A DNA stretch of 32,000 nucleotides from contig CP188086.1 in the NCBI GenBank assembly GCA_049942765.1, forward strand, positions 120,001-152,000. Reading direction: 5' to 3'. Origin of the DNA: Candidatus Saccharimonadota bacterium (GTDB lineage Bacteria > Pseudomonadota > Gammaproteobacteria > Enterobacterales > Enterobacteriaceae). The position numbers were made by a program, and so were the translations under genes. Shown here piece by piece: positions 11,659-18,814 of this stretch (position 1 is its first letter; each line of letters begins with the position of its first letter). The notes beneath the pieces were generated by a model. The model saw only the letters and a program-made list of their open reading frames with translations. It did not search any database and was not told the origin of the DNA.

Positions 11659-11683
11659 ATATTATCGTTATTAACGATAATAT
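11659..11683 (-). terminator. Perfect 25-nt palindrome immediately downstream of the nusB stop; candidate terminator or structured element
   Basis: The sequence is atattatcgtta-t-taacgataatat: 12-nt arms at 11659-11670 and 11672-11683 with a central t. It lies 11 nt from the nusB stop at 11694-11696. No clear U-run follows it on the minus strand, so terminator function is uncertain. Confidence 0.3.
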
Positions 11684-11693
11684 ATAAAATATG

Positions 11694-12125
11694 TTAATTA
11701 TATTTTTTTTTTGTAGTTAAATTCATTGAGATTGCTGCTTTATCTAATACACCATTAATAAATTTATGACTATCTTTTGATCCAAAGGTTTTTGCTAATT
11801 CAATACTTTCATTAATAGATACTTTATAAGGTATATCGTTTCTATTTAATAATTCATAAAATGCAATACGTAAAATAGTTTTTTCTATTGGATCTAATTG
11901 TTGTATTTTACGTAATAAATATAGTTTGATTTTATCATCAATATATTTATAGTTTTCTGTTACTCCTTGAATTAAATTTTTAAAATATGGTATGTCAACA
12001 TTGTTCATGTTTTCCTCTTCTAAAAATTGTAATTCAATTGTTTTAATATGTTCTCCTGAAGCATTCCAAGCATATAGTGCTTGTATTGCTTTCTCTCTAG
12101 CTTTTCTTCGATATAATGGTTTCAT
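11694..12125 (-). CDS. nusB: Transcription antitermination factor NusB
   Basis: This is a 143 aa [23 protein letters not shown]...[33 protein letters not shown] is colinear with E. coli NusB [20 protein letters not shown]...[33 protein letters not shown]. Confidence 0.95.
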   Translation of the reverse strand: MKPLYRRKAREKAIQALYAWNASGEHIKTIELQFLEEENMNNVDIPYFKNLIQGVTENYKYIDDKIKLYLLRKIQQLDPIEKTILRIAFYELLNRNDIPYKVSINESIELAKTFGSKDSHKFINGVLDKAAISMNLTTKKKYN

Positions 12126-13242
12126 ATTTTTTTTCCTAATTAAGGTAATATTTTATATTTTATTTATAAATGTTTTTGTTGTTATTTGTGATATTTTTGT
12201 ATTATATTACTTGTTTGATTTTTTCATGGTGGTGTTTTGTAATATTGTTGTATCTTTTTCTGATTCTTTAATCTGATAAAAATAAACTTTTTTATTTAAT
12301 TAAAAACTATAAATTTTTTAATATAAATATGATTTGAACAGTTGTTATTTAACATTGTAGGGTACATATAACAAAAAATCCATTTATTAAATAAGTGTGA
12401 TTCTATAAGTTAATTTGATTATGTTATTTTTAACATTATTCATATGAGATTTATTTTTTATTAATGTTATTAGTGTAACAAATTTGTTTTATTGTATTTG
12501 CATTGCGAAATAATTGTTTAATGTAGTGTAGTTAATTATTAATATTTTTTATTAATTTAATTAATTATATATAGACAGTTTAAATATTTGTTGCGTCATT
12601 ACTTGGTGTAGTTTTTATTACAGTTATTTACAATGATTTATAGTAGTTAGTAATACAAAAGTATTTTAATATTTTTTTAGATATTATCATGTATGACGAA
12701 GAATTATTTTAAAAGTATTTTACTTATGTGCAATATAATTTGTTATTGAGTTTTTATTTTAAGAATAGTTGATGTAGTAGTATTAGATGTAACTCATTGT
12801 ACTTTAAATATTATTTAAAGTAATTTAATGATTTAATAATACTGCTACTAGGTGAGAAGTTTCAATATATGTTTATTATAATGTTGTTAAATTGTTTTTA
12901 TGCAGTATTTTATCTTGTACTTCTATAATTTTTATAGATATGAACCAGTGATATCATTTTTAAATATTATATTTTATTCAGTAAATTTTGGATTATGATT
13001 TACAGTAGTAATGATTTCTTTTGTAATTCTAGTTATTAATTATTGAGTACAATAATTTTATAGTATTATTTTCTAATAATTATAGTTTAATAATAATACT
13101 AGAATCTTTTGTTTGCACGTATTTTTTTTTGCGTTTAAATTAATTGTTTGAATTTTTTAGAATATTCATTTTCTATTTTTAGATATTAATGTTCAATTGA
13201 TAATTATTTTATAATTTTTTATTATTTATTGGATATGTAAGT

Positions 13243-13277
13243 TAGGAGATAGAGTTAACATCTCCTATTTATTATTT
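13243..13277 (+). terminator. Orphan terminator-like hairpin inside the ribH-nusB spacer
   Basis: An 8-bp stem, taggagat (13243-13250) paired with atctccta (13260-13267), encloses a 9-nt loop and is followed by the T-rich tail tttattattt. It is the most G+C-rich stem in an otherwise nearly G/C-free 2.3 kb spacer. No plus-strand gene lies upstream. Confidence 0.25.
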
Positions 13278-14411
13278 GAACCGTTTTTTTATGTACAAGA
13301 ATTATACATGATTATTGTTTTTAATATCAATAAATCAACATATACATTATAGATATGCAAGAGTATTTAATGTTGTTATTATATATTAATAACTAAAGTA
13401 ATAATTGATGTAGTAAAAATTACTGTGTTAAGAATATATCAATCATTTAATTCTAAAATAATAATATGTATTATTGTATTTATACAATAAACGAAATGTC
13501 AACAATATATGTAATTTTTATTTATGAAGTTACTAATACGAATATTGATAATTTATATTAAAAATATAAAAAGAAACTTTATTTGTCAATAATATTTATT
13601 ATTGATGTTAAATATATAAATTTTTATAATTCTTTATTTTTATATATTAAAAGTATCATTTATAAGTGATATTAATTTCTATGTTTTATTTTTTATGTAT
13701 TTATGCATATTAAATATTTTTATATTTTTGTTTTAGATTGGTATTTTATTATATTTATATATATAAATGTATATTTTATTTTTATTTATTATTTTTTTTT
13801 ATGGTTTTTATTAAACTAATATATCTATATTAGTAATATTATTTTTATTTATAATCTCTTAGTATTTATTTTTTATGATTGTGTGTTTCTTAATCGTGTT
13901 AGTTATATGGATGAATTTAAGAATGATTTTTTATCGAATAAGATATTATGTATTATTGATTAATATTATTTATATATTTTTGTATATATTTAAATTCTAA
14001 CGAATGAGTAGTATAATATTGGTTATTTATTTTAATCATTATGGTATAAATTAATATTTTTTATAAATTAAGTTATGTATTTTTTAAACTTGTATGCGTT
14101 TTGGTGATGATAATAGTTAAAAATATTTTTAACGTATTTAAGTCATTTAGTTTCATTGTAATCTCTGATGTATGTTTTAGCATTTTTTTAAGATTTATGA
14201 AATGTTCATAATACATTAGTTGTATATTTTAAAAATAATTATTGTTTTTAACAATATTACTATAATTTTTTTGATTTTTAAATTTAAAAAAATTTTATAT
14301 ATTAAATTTGATGTTTGTTAAAATTGTATATTAATTAATATTATTTATAACTAAAGTAGTTCACTTGTATAAGTATTATTATAATAAGTATATTTATTAA
14401 ACTTTAAATAT

Positions 14412-14885
14412 TTATTTATTATTAAGTGTACTTATGATATTCATCATTTCTAAAATAGACAAAGTAGCTTCATATCCTTTGTTCCCCATTTTTAATCCAG
14501 ATCGTTCTATTGCTTGTTCGATATTATCAGTAATTAAGATTCCAAATGCTATAGGTATATTATAATGTAAACTAATTTTAATTAATTGATGGTTAATAGC
14601 TTGATTAATATATTTAAAATGTTCTGTATGTCCTTTAATTATAGTACCTAAAGTAATAATAGCATTATAGGAGTTTTTTTTAGCAAGATTTTTAGCAATT
14701 ATAGGTATTTCATATGCTCCAGGTACTTTTACTACTGTAATATTTTTTTCTTCTATATTACCTATTCTAGTTAAAGCATCTAGAGATGCTTCTAATAAAT
14801 TTTTATTGATAAAATAATTAAATCTAGAAATGATGATAGCAACAGATTTATCATTAGTTGCAGTGCCTGATTGTATGATTTTCAT
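14412..14885 (-). CDS. ribH: 6,7-dimethyl-8-ribityllumazine synthase
   Basis: From the ATG at 14883-14885 the ORF reads MKIIQSGTATNDKSVAIIISRFNYFINKNLLEASLDALTRIG...VPGAYEIP...AFGILITDNIEQAIERSG.K.GNKG.EA. This is colinear with the 156 aa E. coli RibE/RibH. The ORF-track start at 14987 adds 34 low-complexity residues with no counterpart in E. coli. Confidence 0.93.
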   Translation of the reverse strand: MKIIQSGTATNDKSVAIIISRFNYFINKNLLEASLDALTRIGNIEEKNITVVKVPGAYEIPIIAKNLAKKNSYNAIITLGTIIKGHTEHFKYINQAINHQLIKISLHYNIPIAFGILITDNIEQAIERSGLKMGNKGYEATLSILEMMNIISTLNNK

Positions 14886-15201
14886 ATGTTGTCTTATTTT
14901 AAAATAGATTGTAATAGAATTTAAGATTTTAATGTATTTATATGTGATATTAATAAGTAAGTACATTTGATATTTGATATTGTACAATTATATTGTATTA
15001 ATATTACAATATTATTGTATTGATTTTTTCATATAAAATATACATAAATATTTGAATATTTTTTTTTTTGCATGATTTTTAATACATTTAATTCAAATTT
15101 AATTTAATAATAATTAATTATTATATATGTAAAACTATAATAATTTTTATATAAATACGTTGTATTTTTGGGTTGTTTATAGTATTATATTTTTAGAAGA
15201 T

Positions 15202-15275
<74 letters not shown>

Positions 15276-15522
15276 ATTATCATTATTGAATGAACTTAAA
15301 ATTTATTTTATTTTTTTATTAAATTTTTTATCCTTTCTATGTTTTTAACAATTAATTTATGTTTTTATTTAATAAAAATAAATATTTTTATATAAATTGT
15401 ATGTATGTTTTTTATTTGATTATTAGTGAATAATTTTTGTTGTAGTGTGATTTTTATGTATAATGTAAGTATATTATTTTTATATTTTTATTAAAAATAT
15501 AATAATGTTATGTACCATAGGC

Positions 15523-16840
15523 ATGGTTACGTTAAATAAAAGTGTGGAATTAATATATTTCTTTATTCATAAAGTCCTTTATATCAATAATCATATAAAC
15601 AAAATATTTATAATAATATTAAGTATATAGATTATAGTTTATTAAAAAAATTTAGAAATAATAAGTGATATTAGTTTATTATATAGTTTATGGATTAATT
15701 TGTTAGTTGCACATAGTGTTTTACTTAAAATATATTTTTTATTTAAAGTTAATATACAAGTATTGTGTCATAAATTTATATATGTAACGGATGGTATGTT
15801 CTAGAATATTTAAAAAAGAAGCTGTTAGATTTTAGTTGGAGATCACTGCAAGGTTTTCGATATTTTTATTTAATACTCCTTTGTAAGAATTTTATATTAA
15901 TATCGTTAGTGGAAATTGTATTGTTATATAACCATTAGGTATTAATGATGGTATGGATTATTGTTATTCTGTAAAAGCAAAAAAAATTAACGAAGAAGCT
16001 ATTAGTAGATCATTAATTAAAGATGTATAATCTTGATTGATTTAGTAGATGTATCTATGACCGATAAGAGTTTTAATTAAATTTATTAAGAATTTTTTAC
16101 TTAATTATTTATTTAATTAAAATCTAAAAATTATTTTGTAATAAATAGGGTACTTTAGATGATAACTGTGGTGCTGTTTCTAAATTTTTTTTAATAAAGC
16201 AAAAAAAGAATTGATTTTTTTTTGAATTTTATTGTATTTTTTAAGTATAGTTAAATTTTTACGTGAAGTAATGAAAGCATATGAATCACGTGTAGAATTA
16301 ATTTATTTGATCAATTATAAAAATATTGAATATTCATCATAGGAATTATTCTTTGGTAATGGTATTTTTATTCAAATAGTTATGTAATTTGTTGTTTAAA
16401 TTTAATCAGAAAAATAAATACGACAATAATGGTATATTAGAAGTAACTAGACCTTTATAATATGATGAAATTTTAGTTCCTTTTTCATGAGAAGAATTAT
16501 CAGTGGAAATATATAAATTTACTATTTTATTAAATAAGTTAATTTAATTATTGGTTTTTTAGCTTTATATTTATTTAAAAAAGAATAAATAGACGAGATG
16601 AATTGTTTAGTAGTTTATTAGGTTTAATCGTATCTATTTTTAGAAATAATATCTTTTCTTTTAAAATTATATTTTAAGCGAAAAATGTTTGTTTAAAAAG
16701 AATTTTTAGTATTAATAATTAAAAAGTGTGCATTAGTTTTAAGAACTAGTGTTTTTTATATTTAATATTAATTTTTTCTAGATGGCAATAAAAAATATAT
16801 CATTATAGATGATAGTATACATTGTTATTATTTAATATAA
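15523..16840 (+). pseudogene. argA: Decayed N-acetylglutamate synthase gene (argA pseudogene): nearly full length, with multiple in-frame stops and frameshifts
   Basis: A by-eye plus-strand translation is colinear with E. coli ArgA from the ATG at 15523 to about 16840. Examples, written relic versus E. coli: MVTLNKS..FIHKVLYINNHINKIFIIILS versus MVKERKT..FRHSVPYINTHRGKTFVIMLGG. KKEAVRF*LEITARFSIFLFNTPL*EFYINIVSGNCIVI*PLGINDGMDYCYSVKAKKINEEAISRSL versus [110 protein letters not shown] versus [73 protein letters not shown] versus [32 protein letters not shown]. The frame changes several times along the relic (codon phase 1, 2, 0, 2, 0, 2). Its placement, convergent with recD and next to tRNA-fMet, matches E. 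coli. Confidence 0.85.
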
Positions 16841-16945
16841 AATAATAAAATTTATTAGATTTTTTTAATCATCATATTGTTAATGCGTTGTATATAATAC
16901 ATGTATGTAATATATTGCTATATTTAAGTTTTTATGTTTAATACA

Positions 16946-18805
16946 TTAAATGTTTCTATTTTTAGACATAAATTGAGGAATATTAGAAATTCTAATTATT
17001 TGACGTTTAATTGATTGTAATAATATATTTTTTTTCGCATATATTGTTAATGTTTCTTTAGATCTGGTTATACCTGTATATATTAATTCTTTAGTTAAAA
17101 TAGGATTCATTACATTAGGTAAAATTAGTATGGTATGTAAAAATTCAGATCCTTGAGATCTATGAATGGTTATAGCCCATGCTGTTTGATATTTTGGAAG
17201 AATATTTATAGGTATTTTTTTTGTTTCTTTATCATTTTTCAGAAAACAGACATATAGCTGTTTTTTATTATTTAATTTCATGATTCCAATATCACCGTTA
17301 ACTAATCCTAACATTTTGTTATTTTCAGAAATTATTATTGGCTTTCCTATATAACCAGTACAATTGTTATTGTTAATATAATTAATTAATCCTTTTTTTT
17401 CCATGTATTTTTCTAGATTATTATTAATATGTTTTGTACCTAATATGTTATGTTTAACTGCACATAATATTTTAATAGAGTTAAATGCTTTAATAATGTG
17501 ATGTATTGGTTTTTTTTGGATAATTTTATCCCAATATGTTGAATATTTTTGTATGATATATTCCAACAATAAAATATATTGATCATGAGAAGAAATTGTA
17601 TCAATATGAATTTGATTGAAGTAGTTATTTTTAATTTTTTCAAAAATATCTTTACGTGTATGCAATATATAATAAGATAATTGAATAATATCAGATTTTT
17701 TTGCAAATCTATAATTTTTTGTTAATATGCATATATTATCATTAATTAAATTGGGATGTTTTTTGGTATTGATATTACAATTTGAAATTAATTTCAATAA
17801 TTTAGCGATATCATAAAAAGTATTATCTGATTGATAACATATATCTTTTAAAATGTTTCCATGTCCTATTGATGGTATTTGATTAATATCTCCAAAAAAT
17901 ATTAATTTTACATGTTTTGGTAATGCATTAATGAGTTTTTCCATCATAAAGAAATCAATCATAGAGCTTTCGTCAATAATTAATATATCTATATCTAATT
18001 TGTTATTTTCATGAAAATATGGTTTTGAATTAATTTTAGAAATACCTAATAAGGTATGAATGGTAGTTGCTGGTATTATTTTAAATTTTAATAAATTAAG
18101 TTTTAATGTTTTATTATTTGAGTTGTATACTGATTGAGTTAAATGTGTTGCAGCTTTTCCTGTTGGAGCTGCTAATTGACATTTTATTGTATTTGGATAA
18201 ATTTCTAGTATTGCTGTTAATATTTTTTGAATAATAGTAGTTTTTCCAGTACCTGGTCCTCCAATAATAAATGATATATTTTGAATTATAGCCATAGATA
18301 TAGCAATTTTTTGTAGATGATGGATATCATCATGATTGCAGATATTATTGATGATTTTTCTGTAGTGTTTCCATTGTGGTATAGAGTCTCGTTTTTTTTT
18401 TGTAATATAATTTAAAATTATTTGTTCAGCTTTCCAAGTTTTATACAAGTATATACATTGATTAAATAATATTAATGGTTTTTTGAGACGAGATGAACCT
18501 ATTGAATCACTAGATTTAAATATTTCATTCCATAGTATAAAAGATCCTGTTAATTCAAATATTTTTTCTGGGATATTTAACATATTTTCTAAATGAATTA
18601 TTTTTTTTTTTAAAATATTTAGAGGTAAACAGATATGTCCATTACCTATATGATGGTTAGTAATAGCTGCAGTAATCATAATTAAATTATGTTGTTGATG
18701 TCCAATATATAAAGCAAAATAAAGATCTAAAGAAGTAATTTGTTTTTTTTGGAAAGCTTGAATTATTATATTTTTCATGTTTATTGATATAATGTTATTA
18801 AACAT
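16946..18805 (-). CDS. recD: Exodeoxyribonuclease V alpha subunit (RecD helicase)
   Basis: This is a 619 aa ORF with Walker A GGPGTGKTT, then LAAPTGKAA, DESSMID, the C-terminal helicase motifs WAITIHRSQGSEF and YTGITRSK. It is colinear with the roughly 608 aa E. coli RecD. Confidence 0.95.
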   Translation of the reverse strand: MFNNIISINMKNIIIQAFQKKQITSLDLYFALYIGHQQHNLIMITAAITNHHIGNGHICLPLNILKKKIIHLENMLNIPEKIFELTGSFILWNEIFKSSDSIGSSRLKKPLILFNQCIYLYKTWKAEQIILNYITKKKRDSIPQWKHYRKIINNICNHDDIHHLQKIAISMAIIQNISFIIGGPGTGKTTIIQKILTAILEIYPNTIKCQLAAPTGKAATHLTQSVYNSNNKTLKLNLLKFKIIPATTIHTLLGISKINSKPYFHENNKLDIDILIIDESSMIDFFMMEKLINALPKHVKLIFFGDINQIPSIGHGNILKDICYQSDNTFYDIAKLLKLISNCNINTKKHPNLINDNICILTKNYRFAKKSDIIQLSYYILHTRKDIFEKIKNNYFNQIHIDTISSHDQYILLLEYIIQKYSTYWDKIIQKKPIHHIIKAFNSIKILCAVKHNILGTKHINNNLEKYMEKKGLINYINNNNCTGYIGKPIIISENNKMLGLVNGDIGIMKLNNKKQLYVCFLKNDKETKKIPINILPKYQTAWAITIHRSQGSEFLHTILILPNVMNPILTKELIYTGITRSKETLTIYAKKNILLQSIKRQIIRISNIPQFMSKNRNI

Positions 18806-18814
18806 TTGTGTATT

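Noticed and set aside
13465-13495. I noticed dif-like AT-rich sequence (aataatatgtattattgtattta) in the ribH-nusB spacer.
   Set aside because: Similarity to the E. coli dif core is only loose and requires indels. The G+C-rich left arm (GGTGCGC) is absent, and such strings are common here by chance.
14094-14170. I noticed a ThiL-like reading of the same stretch: MRFGDDNS versus GIGDDCA, and IVISD versus LAISTD.
   Set aside because: The same nucleotides fit Dxs about as well, which shows the match is not discriminating. Only about 320 nt remain before ribH, so a thiL relic would not fit. The strand is also opposite to that expected for thiL.
12848-14364. I noticed scattered plus-strand residues, in colinear order, that resemble E. 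coli Dxs. Examples: LG at about 12848; D-M-N-Q-*-Y-H-F-*-I-L at 12937 versus DVGHQAYPHKIL; VC at 13111 versus VCVIGDG; FE at 13147; LFE at 13272 and I-TK at 13392, with the exact 40-codon spacing of LFE...MTK; IDV at 13601; ILVIYFN at about 14016 versus LAILNFG; CMRF at 14091 versus DMRF; VFNN at 14244 versus VLNIG.
   Set aside because: Identity over the aligned stretches is only about 10-15 percent. The matching residues are mostly the I, F, K, N, L and Y that dominate any translation of AT-rich DNA. The strongest Dxs motifs (GPVDGH, DRAG..DG.TH.G, AEQHAV) are not recognisable. I also found an equally good out-of-order hit (DW). A dxs relic between nusB and ribH would also contradict the E. 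coli order. I kept this only as a hypothesis for a proper frameshift-tolerant search.
14886-14987. The ORF track gives ribH a 34-codon N-terminal extension (start at 14987).
   Set aside because: The extension, MYNIKYQMYLLINITYKYIKILNSITIYFKIRQH, is low-complexity and has no counterpart in E. coli RibH. Homology begins exactly at the internal ATG at 14883-14885.
16261-16296. I noticed the inverted repeat acgtga...tcacgt in the recD-proximal spacer.
   Set aside because: It falls inside the argA relic, in the coding remnant [13 protein letters not shown] that aligns to [13 protein letters not shown]. It has only 6-bp arms and a 21-nt loop, so it is explained by ancestral coding sequence.
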